A stretch of DNA of 64,000 nt, from positions 158,784,001 through 158,848,000 of the forward strand of contig CM059431.1 of assembly GCA_030390025.1 (NCBI GenBank), read 5' to 3'. The translations under genes and the position numbers were made by a program. The notes beneath the pieces are model-generated. The model did not search any database and was not told where the DNA came from. It saw only the letters and a program-made list of their open reading frames with translations. Below, piece by piece: positions 1 to 12,269 of the stretch. The DNA is from Squalus acanthias (Eukaryota). Position 1 is the stretch's first letter. Every line of letters begins with the position of its first letter.

Positions 1-800
1 CTTCCATCTCACTCCAGACAAGGAGTCCCACATTGACTTGACACATATTTCCTCATTAAGCAGCCCAGTGCAGAACAATACAGAGCACCACCTTGAGGCC
101 TTGTCTTTAGTCGAGTGCCTCAGTCTCAATATTCCCTCTATAAACGTATTTCTATCCGTGTTACTGATTCCGACCTTGGGTAAGTTTTGCTCTCCTTTCC
201 TTCCCAGAGATTTTCCCACCTGTTCCAGGATGTTCTTCCCTCTGGCACCAGGGAGGCAACTTATCATTTTGCACCAGCTCAGGGCTGCAGACGAGTCTTT
301 ATATTCCCCTGACTATAGCATCTCCCACCACTATTGATTTGCTTTTCCTGTGCACCACCTGCCTCTCACCCCACTCGGGGTGGCCTCCTGCTCCCTGCTA
401 CCACACTGTTGCTCAGGAAGACACTCCTCTGAGTCACTGTCTCTATCCACCTTACATTCCTCAATACCAGATATCTATTGGAATGTTCCAGTACGCAATG
501 CCTCCCTCCAACTGTGACTGCGATGTCTCTCGAGATGTTCACTCACTTCCCTCTTTCTACTCAGCCCCTGTCCAGTTCCATCTTCATGTGCGAGCTGCAG
601 GTTCTTGCACGAGATCTGGACCCTATGTCAGGACAGAAATTATATTTTAAAGTATTTTCTGAACCTACCTGTGTCCTTGCTCCTGCTCAGGCTTCTGGAT
701 AAAATGTCTGCCCTGTTTCGATCTTCAGCCATTGTGGTGACAGGCGTTCTCAGTCGCTGACGCACTGTAATAAATATAAAATTAACAGGAGGGTTAGATG
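1..800 (-). mobile_element. Ancient, heavily decayed CR1-type LINE 5' part (ORF1 esterase-like region); repeated at ~10840-11900, ~19650-20800, ~35040-35980, ~40700-41780
   Basis: The paralogous copy translates on the minus strand (41036..41251) as CLPGARGKNIMEQVGTSLGRKGEQ, matching CCLPGARVKDISSGLERNLEWEGED in the younger CR1 ORF1 at 61357; all copies are frameshifted. Confidence 0.6.
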
Positions 801-1109
801 GAAATATTAAAATGAGAAGGAGAACGTTTCCTTGTTAAAAAAATATATCAAGTCGCTGTTAGCTATGAGATCGAGCATTTCCCGAGTGTTACGATCAACT
901 CTCCACATCAGGTGTGACACCAGCAGTTGCCCAGTAAAATCCAGTGAGGCCCGCTGATCGTGTGTGTGCATGTTGGCTGGTGCTGCGGACCCGAACCGTT
1001 CACTTTTATTTACACGTTTTTCTCCACTTTCCCTTTTCTCTCTATCCCTCCCTGATCGCTCTCTTCTGTCATCATGCCTCCTTTCATCTCTTCTTCTGGC
1101 ATACACTGC

Positions 1110-1628
1110 TCTTCCAAATCCCAACACCAACGCTTCATTACTCTTCGAACTTCTTACTTTCCTGCTGACGTCCCAGGTTTGACTCCCTCTTAGATAAGTC
1201 TACACCTTCACTCTGTGTCTCTCTTGGCATCCTCCGAAATTCCCACCGTGGCAATCGTTGCTGCTTCCTCACGAGCAGCAATCCCAACTGTATTATCCTA
1301 CTCTTTCGTCAAGCTTCCCGCCTAGCCCATTCGCTGTGGTCTAATCTTGTCAATCTCCTTCCCGTCTAACTCAGCCCTCCCAGTGCTGAACCTTTGGACA
1401 CTGGCAATTCATTAGACATCACCGAACCTCTCCGCATCTACCTCCAGAATGTTGATTCTTGCCATCCATGAGCATATCGTGGATGATTGCATCGACATCA
1501 TGGCCCTGACGGAAACTTGGCTGAGGGGTGATGACACCTTACCCTTAAATGAAGCCTCCCCGCCGGGCTATACGTTCTTCCAATTGCACAACACAGACAG
1601 GCATGGCGGGAGTGCGGCTCTCATTAAC
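1110..1628 (+). mobile_element. L2-clade LINE ORF2 5' fragment (AP-endonuclease start), cut off by satellite
   Basis: AIHEHIVDDCIDIMALTETWLRGDDTLPLNEASPPGY...DRHGGSAALI motif; colinear with the longer L2 at 42130 onward; second copy at ~36290-36805. Confidence 0.8.
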
Positions 1629-2220
1629 ACGCCCAAACAACCCCACTGACGCAAACCCAAACTAATACCCCACTGACCCAGCCAACACCTACACCCCACG
1701 GACCTAGCCCCGACATCCCCACTGACCCAGCCCCACACTGACACCCCACTGACCCTGCCCCGACACCCTCACTGACCTAGCCACGAAACCCTCACTGACC
1801 CAGCCCCGACACCCTCACTGACCTAGCCACGAAATCCTCACTGACCCAGCCCCGACACCTTCACTGACTTAGCCCCGAAAACATCACTCACCCAGCCCCG
1901 ACAACCTCATTGACCTAGCTTCGACACCCTCACTGACCTAGCCCAACCCCGACACCCCACTGACCCAGACCAACACCGACACCCTCACTGACCCAGCGCA
2001 TCACCGACACGCCACTGACCTAGCCCAACACAGAAACCTCACTGACCCAGCCCAAAACCGACACCTCACTAACATAGCCCATCACCGACACACTCAGTGA
2101 CCCAGCCAATCACCGATACTCCACTGATCCAACCCAAAACCGAAACCCCACTCACACAACCGAACACTGCACTCACTCCGCCCGACACTGACAATCCACT
2201 GACCCAGCCCCACCCCACAG
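1629..2220. repeat. C-rich satellite, mixed 23-bp and 27-bp units with core CACTGACCCAGCCC
   Basis: Tandem degenerate units visible directly; paralogous array at ~36806-37327. Confidence 0.9.
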
Positions 2221-2441
2221 GATGGCAGCACACCATGTCTGGCACAAGAGGTCGGGCTCAATATTCTAGGGCTCTGAGCCCACAGGATGGCACTGTAGCA
2301 TTCCTGGCAAAAGGTTGTGGACAAGATGAATGTGCTGTAAAGTGTCTGTAGCATCCAGGGACTGATTCCGAATGAGATGGCGTACAGCAAAGGTCCTGTC
2401 TGGGTAGAATAGCCAAATACCCGACTTATCCGGTTGATGAG
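2221..2441 (+). pseudogene. Decayed exon-like block, copy 1 of 5 (others ~5771-5955 truncated, ~18188-18408, 33620-33841, 37328-37548)
   Basis: Non-satellite ~222-bp block preceded by ccccaccccacag and followed by GAG|gcaaga; protein-like translation with stops; identity unknown. Confidence 0.4.
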
Positions 2442-2829
2442 GCAAGATTACAGTCTCCACAGCAACAGCTTTCATTTATAAAGCTTTTTTAACGTAATAA
2501 GATGTTCCAAGTTACATCGCAGGAGCGTTATCAAACAAAATTTAACACAGAGCCACATATTAGGACAGGTGACCAAAAGCCTGGCCAAAGAGCTATGTTT
2601 TAAGGAGCGTCATAAGGAGAGAGATGGAATTCCAGACTTTAGGGCAGTAGAAATGCGGTGGTACGCAAGTGGCCAGAATTACGGGATCGCAGTAATCTCG
2701 ACGGTTTAGAGTTGGAGGAGGTGACACAGATTGGGAGTGGCGAGCCATGGAGGGATTTGAAAACAATGATGAGAATTTTTAAATCGAGGTGTGCTGGATC
2801 GTGAGCCAGTTTAGTTCAGAATGCACATG

Positions 2830-3247
2830 GGTGATTTATACTTTCTATAGCAGATCTATTCAGACACGTCTCAGAAAAGGTGCATCAAAAACGTCAAATA
2901 CAACTTGTCTGCAGCTAATCTGTTCCAGCCTCGGCTTTATCTCTAAATGTTCATTAATTCAATCTGGAATTACAGGTTCGAACAGCTTTCTCACAAACAA
3001 CAGATTAATTGGTCTTCAGTTACCCGCAGATCATCTCTCCCCATTTTAATAGAGACATTGTTTGGGCTCTTTCAGTCCGCCTGTACATTTCCGATATTAT
3101 ATGAGGATAGAAAAATTGTGCTCAGAGTTCCTTTTTTCTCCCCACTGATGTTTCCTTTAACAGCCTGAGGTGCATTATCTCTGGGTCCAGTGACTTATCC
3201 ACCTCAGCTATTTTTCTCAGATCCAATTCCTTCTGTAATGTGATCTC
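2830..3247 (-). mobile_element. Ancient CR1 reverse-transcriptase fragment (also ~18830-19480, ~34240-34785, ~37940-38480)
   Basis: The paralog at 38203..38439(-) reads LEITLQKELDLRKIAEVDKSLDPEIMHLRLLK, a decayed [16 protein letters not shown] motif of CR1 ORF2. Confidence 0.7.
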
Positions 3248-5770
3248 AGCCCAAACCCGACAGCACACTGAACCAGCCCTAAACTGACACCCCACTGACC
3301 AAGCCCAACACCGAGACCGTCACTGAACCAACAGCGACACCCCACTCACCTTCCCCAAAGACCGATAGCCCACTGACACAGACCTACAACGGCAGCCCAC
3401 TGAGACAGCCATACACCGAAACCTAACTAACACAGCCCAAAACCGATATCCCAATGACCCAGCCCGACACCTAATCCCTCAATAGCCCGACAGCGACACT
3501 CCACTGACCCAGGCTAACACAGATACCACACTGACACAGCCCAACACCGACACCCACTGACACAGCCCAAAACGACACCCCACTCACACAGCCCAACACC
3601 GAAACCCCACTGACACAGCCCAACACCGAAACCCCACTGACCAACACAACACCGACACCCCACTGACCCAGCACAACACCGACACCCCACTCACACAGCC
3701 CAACACCGAAACCCCGCTGACCCAGTCCTAAACCGAAAACCCGCTGACCCAGCCCTACACCGACACCCTCACTGACAAAGCCCAACACCGACACCCTCAC
3801 TGACCCAGCCCAACACCGACACCCCACTGACCAAGCCCAACACCGACACCCTCACTGACCCAGCCCAACACCGACACCCCACTGACCAAGCCCAACACCG
3901 ACACCCCACTGACCCAGCCCAACACCGACACCCCACTGACCCAGACCAACACCGACACCTCACTGACCCAGCCCAACACCGACACCCCACTGACAAAGCC
4001 CAACACCGACACCCCACTGACAAAGCCCAACACCGACACCCTCACTGACCCAGCCCAACACCGACACCCCACTGACAAAGCCCAACACCGACACCCTCAC
4101 TGACCCAGCCCAACACCGACACCCCACTGACAAAGCCCAACAGCGACACCCCACTGACCCAGCCCAACACCGACACCCCACTGACAAAGCCCAACACCGA
4201 CACCCCACTGACAAAGCCCAACACCGACACCCTCACTGACCCAGCCCAACACCGACACCCCACTGACAAAGCCCAACACCGACACCCCACTGACCCAGCC
4301 CAACACCGACACCCCACTGACACTGCCATACACCGACATACCACTGTCCCAGCAAAACACCGACAACCTAACAAACACAAAACCGACACCCCACTGACCC
4401 AGTCCAACACCAAACATCGCACTGGCCTAGTCCAACACCGACAGCCCACTGACCCAGCCCTACACCGACACTCCACTGGACAAGTCTTACACCGGCAACC
4501 CATTGACCCCATTCAAAACCGCCACCCTCTCTGATCCAGCCCAACACCGACACCCCACTGATCCAGCCAAACAACGACACCAAAACTGATACAGTCCAAT
4601 ACCGAAACCCCGCAGACACAGCCCAACACTGAAACCCCACTGACACAGCCCAACACCGACACCCCACTGACACAGCCCAACTCCGACACCACACTGACAC
4701 AGCCCAACAGCGATACCCCACTGACACAGTCCAACTCCGACACGCCACTGACACAGCCCAACAACGACAACCCACTGACCCAGACCAACCCCGACAGCCC
4801 AAATTCCCAGCACATCACCGACACTAAACTGACCCAGCTCCACACCGGCACCTCGCTGACACAGCCCAACACCGACACCGCAATGAAACAGTCCCACACC
4901 GAAACCCCACTGACAGAGCCCCTCAAAGACACCCTCACTGATCCAACACCGACAACACACTGACCCAGCCCAACACCGACACCTCACTGACCCAACAGCG
5001 ACACCGCACTGACCTTGCTAAAGACCGACACACCACTGACCCAGCCATAAAACGGCACTCCACTGAGCCTGCCCGACACAGACACCGCATTGACCGATCC
5101 CAAAACTGACACCCCTATGACACAGCTCAACATCGAATTCCTCACTGGCCCGTCAGCGACACCCCACTGACCCAGCGCAACACCGACACCCCACTGACCC
5201 AGCCCTACACCGAAACCCCACAGAGCCAGCCATACAACGACAACCCACTGACCCAGCCCTAAACGACCCCACACTGACCCAGATCAATACAAAAAACCAC
5301 AATGATCGAGCCCAACACCCTCACTCCACTGACCCAATCAAATAGCGACACCGCAATGACCCAGCTCAACACCGACACCCCACTGATCCAGCCAAACAAC
5401 GGCACCCCAACTGATACAGTCAATACCTACACGCCACAGACGCAACCCAACACCGACATCCCACTTACACAGCCCAACACCGAGTCCCCACTGACATAGC
5501 CCAACTCTGACACCCTCACTGACCCAACATCGACACCCCACTGACATTGACCAAGTCCGACACCCCACTGAGCCAGCCCTACACTGACACCCCACTGACC
5601 TAGACCGAAACCGACATCCACTGATGCACCCTACCCCGACAGCCCACTGACCCTGCCCTAAACTGAAACCCGACTCACACAGACCAACACCAACACCCCA
5701 CTCACCCTGCCCAAAACTGCACTTACCCAACTCGACAATGACAATGCACGGACCCAGCCCCAACCCACGG
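3248..5770. repeat. 27-bp satellite array, unit ACTGACCCAGCCCAACACCGACACCCC, homogeneous core ~3750-4320
   Basis: Direct tandem repeats; 9-aa periodic ORFs (VGCRCWAGS, LGQWGVGVG) on the minus strand confirm the 27-nt period. Confidence 0.95.
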
Positions 5771-5952
5771 AATGACATTGCACCGTGTCTGGCACAAGAG
5801 GGGGGGCGGAGTACACTAGGGCACCGAGCACGCATGCTGGCACGGTAGCTAATCTGGCAGGAATTTGTGGACACGCTGAATATGCTGAAATATATCTGCA
5901 GGTCCCAGGGACTGATTCCGAATGAGATGACGTACAGCAAAGATCCTGGGTG

Positions 5953-8900
5953 GGTTGCTGCCTCTACCACCCTTTCAGGCAGTGAATTCCAGATTCCAAC
6001 CACCGTCTGGGTGAAAATGTTTTTCCTCAAATTCCCTCTAAACCCCCTGCCACTTACGTTGAAACTATGGCACCTGGTTATTGACCCCGCTTCGAAGGGT
6101 AAATGTTCCTTTCTATATACCCTATCTATTCCGCTTATAATTTTGTACACCTCAATCAGGTCCCCCCTCAGCCTTCGCTCCGACCCAAGTAACATCCTGG
6201 TGAATCTCCTCTGCACCCTTTCAAAAGCAATCACGTCCTTCCTATAGTGTGGCGACCAGAATTGCCCACAGTATTTCAGCTGTGGTCTAACTAACGTTTT
6301 GTACAGTTCCATCATAACCTTCCTTCTTTTATATTCTATGCCTCGGCTGATGAAGGCAAGTATCCCATATGCCTTTTAAACCAACTTATCTAACTGTTCT
6401 CCTGCCTTCAGAGATCTATGTATATGCACACTAAGGTCGCTCTGGTCCTCTGTTCTTCCTACGGTCCTACCATTCATTATGTATACCCTTGCCTTCTTAG
6501 TCCTCCCAAAATGCATCACCTCACACCTTTCAGGGTTAAATTCCATTTGCCACTTTTTTGCTCATCTGACCAACCCGTCTATATCGTCCTGTAGCCTGAG
6601 GCTTCCCTCCTCGCTATTTACCACTCCAGCAATTTTCGTGTCATCTGCGAACTTACTGATCATACTTCCTACATACATATCTAAATCATTAATGTACACT
6701 ACAAACAGCAAGGGACCCAGCACCGAACCCTGCTATACACCACTGGACACAGGCCTCCAGTCACAAAAACAACCTTCGACCTCACCATCTGCCTCCTGCA
6801 ACTAAGCCAATTTTGGATCCAATATGCCAAATTGCCCTGGATTCCATCTGCTTTTAACTTCTAGACCAGTCTCCCATGCGGGACTTTGTCAAAAGCCTTA
6901 CTGAAGTCCATGTAGACTACACAACTGCACAACTCTAATCCACACAACATTTACCCTTCGAAAAATGTTATCAAATTGGTTAGACATGATCTCCCCCTGA
7001 CAAAGCCATGCTGACTATCCTTGATTAATTATTGCCTCTCGAAGTGAAGAATAATTCTGTCACTCAGAATTGTTTCCAATAATTTCCCTACCACTGATGT
7101 TAGACTCACTGGTCTGCAGTTCGCTGCTTTATCCCTACTACCCTTCTTGAATAATGGTACTACGTTAGCTGACCTCCAGCCCACTGGCACCTCCCCTGTG
7201 GCCAGAGTTTCTGAAACTTTTTTGTCAGATCCCCTGCAATCTCCTCCCTTGCCTCACACAGAATCCTGGGATACATCTCGTCTGGGCCTGGGGATTTATC
7301 CATATTTAAGCCGACTAAAACCGTTAGTGCCTCCTCCCACTCAATGATAATTTGTTCAAGTATATCACAACACCCCCGCATGATTTATATGCCTACTTCG
7401 TCCTTTATAATGAACACAGATGCAAAATATTAATTTAAAACCTCACCTACATCTTCCGGCTCTGCACACAGCTTGCCACTTTTGTCCCTAATGGTCCCTA
7501 CTCTTTCCCTGGTTATCCTCTTGCCTTAATTTATTTCTAAAACACCTTGGGATATTCCTTTAGTTTGCACACCAGGGTTTTTTATTGACCGCCTCTTCGC
7601 ACTCCTAATTTGTTTGTTAAGTACCCCTCTGCAAATTCTATACTCCTCTTGGGCTTCCACTGTTTTTGGTCCTTTGTATCTGCCAAAAGGCTCCATTTTT
7701 TTCCTAAATACATTCTTGTATATCCCTTGATATCCAGGGATCCCTGGCCTTGTTGTTCCCACCCTTAACCTTGACGGGAACATGTTGGAACTGTACTCTC
7801 TCTATTTCCCTTCTGAATAACTCCCACTGCTCTGATTGGATTTTCCTACAAGTAGCAGATCCCAGTCCACTTTGGCCAGATCCGCCCTGATCATATTTAA
7901 ATCGGCCTTCCCCCAATTTAGAACCCTTATCTCCGGTCAATTTTTGTCCTTTTCCATGACTACCTTAAATCTCACTGAATTACGGTCACTGCCACCGAAA
8001 TGCTCTCCGACAGACACTTCTAGCACTTGCCCGGCTAAATTCCCTAGAATTAGTTCTAGTACCGCCCCCTCTCTTGTAGGACTTTCTACAAGCTGGCTCA
8101 AAAAGCTCTCCTGGATGCACTTTAAGAATTCCGCACCCTATAAGCCTTTCACACTCTGACTATCCCAGTTAATATTGGGGAAGTTGAAATCCCCAACTAT
8201 TATTACCCTATTATATCTGCACTTCTCTGAGATTTGCCTACATATCTGTTCCTCTATCGCCCCTGAATGTTTGGGGGCCTATTGTACACTCCTGGGAAAG
8301 TGCTTGCCCCCTTTTTGTTTTTAAGTTCTACCCATATAGCCTCATTAGAGGAACCTGCTATGATATCATCCCTCCTCACTGCAGTAATTGACTCCTTGAT
8401 TAATATTGCGACACACCCTGCTCTTTTACACACACATCTGTCTCGCCTGAAGATTCTATACCCCGTGATAATGAGCTGCCAGTCCTGGACATCCCTCAAC
8501 CTTGTCTCCGTGATAGCAACAATATCATACTCCCATGTGTTCATCAACAACTTCACTTTATCTGCCTTACTCGCAAGACTACTTGCATTGAAATGAATGC
8601 ACGCCAGACTAACTATACTCAATTGTGCCGTTACTTATTTGCTCTGACTTCCAAACTGGCTTGTTTTTTCCTCTATATTTGGCTGCGCATCACCCCCTAC
8701 TATAGCTCCACTCCGTATCCCATCCCCCTGCCAAGTTATTTTAAATTCCCCCTAACAGCACTAGCAAACCTCCCCGCAAGGATGTTGGTCCTGGTGGAAC
8801 CCGACCGACTTGTACAGGGCCCACCTTCCCCAGTAACAGACAGAATGATCCAGGAAAATAAAGCCCTCCCTCCTGCACCAACTCTTTAGCCCCGCATTCA

Positions 8901-9990
8901 TCTGCTCTATCCTTCTATTCCTATACTCACTAGCACGTGGCACCGGGAGTAATCCAGAGATTACAACCTTTTCGGTCCTGCTTTTTAATCTGCTACCTAG
9001 CTCGCTAAATTCTTGTTGCAGGACCTCATCTATCTTTCTAACTATGTCGTTGGTACCCATATGAATCACGACCTCGGACTTTTCGCACGGCCTCTTCATA
9101 ATGCCCTGCAGCCGTTCAGTTACATTCTTGACCTGGCACCAGGGAGGCAACTTACCATCCTGGAGTCACGTCTGAGGCCGCAGAAACGCCTGTCTGCACC
9201 CCTCACTATTGAGTCTCCTACCACTATTGCACTTCCACTTTTACTCCTCACCCATTGTGCAGCCTAGCCACCCACAGTGCCGTGAACTTGGCTCTGGCTG
9301 CTCTCCCCAGAGGAACCGTCACTTTCACGCGTTTCCTACACAGAATAGCAGTTGTTGAGTGAGATGCACTCTGGGGCTTTCCTGACTACCGGCGTGCCCC
9401 CCTTCTTCTGACTGGTGGTCTCCCATTCCCTTTCTGACTGCACTTTCTAATTCTGCGATGTGACCTTGTGCAAAAACGTGCTCTCCATGTAAGTCTGAGC
9501 TCGGGGATACACCGCAGTGCCTCCAGCTGATGCTCGAGCTCTGAAAACCGGATCTCCAGTTGGCCAAACCTTTGGCACTTACTGTACATGTGGTCATCCT
9601 GACTGCAAGAAGCGACTAGGGATTTTAACATGCTGCAGGACGTTCAACGCACGGGACTGAGGTCCCCTGCCATAACATTAATTAAAAAACACTTACCTCA
9701 AGTTTAAACTCTCGGATTCTCGCTCTCCCGAACTACCTTAACTATGACCTACCTTAAAAAAATAGACTTAAAATTGAAGAAAAAAAAACACTCAACCACT
9801 ATTCACGAATCAGCTTCCTCCCCTGCGCCGACGTCACTTTGGAACACGAATATCTTTTAATCGACATCAAGGCACTTAAATTTAGACGTCCAAGTTTGGA
9901 AAAAAGCGATAAATAGAGAAATACTTATCAACCAATCATTTACCTGCTTACTGTTGACGTGACCCTTCGATTACTTTTTACTTCTTTACA
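5953..9990 (-). mobile_element. Near full-length, degenerate CR1 LINE (ORF1 esterase-like; ORF2 endonuclease-RT)
   Basis: ORF1 pieces VVIHMGTNDI, VVISGLLPVPRA; endonuclease YDIVAITETRL; RT pieces DKSPGPDEMYPRIL, LYKTLVRPQLKYCGQFWSPHYRKD, FTQTVVGIWNSLP; many frameshifts. Confidence 0.93.
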
Positions 9991-10004
9991 CTCACCGGTC
10001 CTTT

Positions 10005-10810
10005 GTATCTCAGCCGCTCCCGCTGCTTTTACTGCCGCCGAAGTCTCGTGCTCTCCAGCCTCTCCCGCTGCTTTTTCAACCGCCGAAGTCTCGTGCTCTC
10101 CAGCTGCTCCCGCTGCCTTTTCTGCCGCCGAAGTCTCGCGCTCTCCAGCCGGTCCCGCTGCTGTTACTGCCGCCAAAGTCTCGCGCTCTCCAGCCGCTAC
10201 CGCTGCTCTTCCTGCCGCCGAAGTCTCGCGCTCTCCAGCCGGTCCCGCTGCTTTTTCTGCCGCCGAAGTCTCGCGCTCTCCAGCAGCTCCCGCTGCATTT
10301 ACTTTCCCCGGAGTCTTGCGCTCTCCAGCCGCTCGCGCAGCTTTTAATGCCCCCGATGTCTCGTGCTCTCTAGCCGCTCCCCCTGCTTGTACTGCCCCCG
10401 AAGTCTCGCGCTCTCCAGCCGCTCCCGCTGCTTTTTCTGCCGCCGAAGTCTCGCGCTCTCCAGCCGCGACCGCTGCTTTTTGTGCCGCCGAATTCTCGCG
10501 CTCTCCAGCAGCTCCCGCTGCATTTACTTTCCCCGGAGTCTTGCGCTCTCCAGCCGCTCCCCCTGCTTGTACTGCCCCCGAAGTCTCGCGCTCTCCATCC
10601 GCTCCCGCTGCTTTTACTTCCGCCGAAGTCTCGCGATCTCCAGCCGGTCCCCCTGCTTGTACTGCCCCCGAAGTCTCGCGCTCTCCATCCGCTCCCGCTG
10701 CTTTTACTGCCGCCGAAGTCTTGCGCTCTCCAGCCGCTGCCGCTGATTTTACTGCTGCCGAAGTCTGGTGCTCTCCAGCCGCTCCCGCTGATTTTACTGC
10801 CACCGAATAT
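10005..10810. repeat. GC-rich 45-bp minisatellite (~18 units) at the 5' end of the CR1 element
   Basis: Unit approx. GCCGCTCCCGCTGCTTTTACTGCCGCCGAAGTCTCGCGCTCTCCA; gives a 15-aa periodic ORF (AAGAAGERETSAAEK). Confidence 0.92.
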
Positions 10811-12269
10811 TGACACTTCATTATTTCATTTTTTTTAACAGCAGGTGACTTCATCTCTCACTATTCGAAAACAACCTTCCTTTTTCCTGCTCAAAATCTG
10901 TCACTATTTCATAAATATTCTGTTTCAGCTACAACAGCTTCATTAATTCCACTCTGTAGTCTCAGATGCGGATATTTGTCACACTAATCATATCAGCTGA
11001 TACCCTTCCTACTGCTTCATTTACCTGTTCTGTGAAACCATCGTTGTTGGTGGGTTCAGATCGCGGCCGTCCCTTCCCTTTTCCCTGATCTCACCCTCCT
11101 GCCCCAAGAATTTGAACTCTTCCCCCTTACTCCAGCCAAGCAGTCTCACATTGACCTGCCTCATATTTCCCTCATTAAGCGGCCCAGTGCAAAACAATCC
11201 AGAGATCTCCAGCTTGAGACCTTGTCTTTAATCTAGTGCCTCTGTCTCAATATTCCCTCTATAAATGTATTTACATCCGTGTTACTGATTCCGACCATGG
11301 GTAATTTCTTCTCTCCTTTCCTTCCCAGATTGTTCTTCTCTCTAGCACTAGGGATGCATATTCCCAATTGGCACCTGCTCAGGGCTAAAGACGAGTCTGT
11401 CTATTCACCTGACTATAGAATCACCCACCACTATCGCTATTCTATTTTTGTTCCCACCTGCCTCTCACCTCTGCCCAACTCGGGGTGGCCTCCTGCTCTC
11501 TGGAGTCACACTGTTGCTCAGGAAAACCCTCCTTCCAGTCACTAGCTCTATCTAGCTTACTGTCCCCAAAAAACAGGTATGTATTGGTCCGTTCAGATAC
11601 TCAGGGCTCCCTGCACCTGTGACTGCTGTGCCCTCTAGAGGGTCACTCACTTCCCATTTTGTACTCAGCTCATGTCCTGTTCCCTCTTCCTGTGTGAGCT
11701 GCAGGTGCTGCACCAGATCTGCTCCCTTTGTCGGTGCAGATATTATATTTTAATGAGTTCTGTGAACCTACCTCTGTTATTTCTCATTATTCCTGAAATT
11801 GTTGAATCCTTTTCCGTGTTTCGAACTTCGGCCATGCCGGTGACAGGCGTTCCCAGGTTCTGATGCTCTTTAATAAATATATTAATAGGAGGGTTAGGCA
11901 GAAATATTAAGATGAGAAGCAGAACGTTGCCTTATTAAACATGATATCAAGGCCCTCCTCATCCATCAGTACAGCAAACTGTTAGCTCTAGTTACCAGCA
12001 TTTCCCGACTGTTACCATCATCACTCCAGATCAGGTGTGACACAGACAGCTGCCCAGTGAAATCCACTGAGTCCCGCTGATCTTGAGTGTGCATTTTGTA
12101 TGCCGCTACAGACCCGAGCCGTTCACTTCTATTTCCACTTTTTTCTCCCCTTTTTTCCTTTTCTCTCTAAACCTACCTGATCGCTCTCTCCAGTCGCCAT
12201 ACCACCTTTCATCTCTGCTCTTTCGGATATACTGCATTCCCAAATCCATATCACAATCCTTCCACATCC

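Noticed and set aside
807..1130. Arg/Glu-rich ORF repeated at 35959-36306
   Set aside because: Antisense of a CT-rich tract upstream of the L2; frame not kept in the 12.1 and 42.0 kb copies
3471..5621. Many Gly/Val/Cys/Trp-rich ORFs (also at 16.8-18, 27.7 and 31.8-32.7 kb)
   Set aside because: They are translations of the 27-bp satellite, open in several frames at once
9959..10813. Ala/Pro-rich 284-aa ORF as an antifreeze- or mucin-like gene
   Set aside because: A 45-bp GC-rich unit is open in most frames by construction; no splice or signal evidence; kept only as a repeat finding
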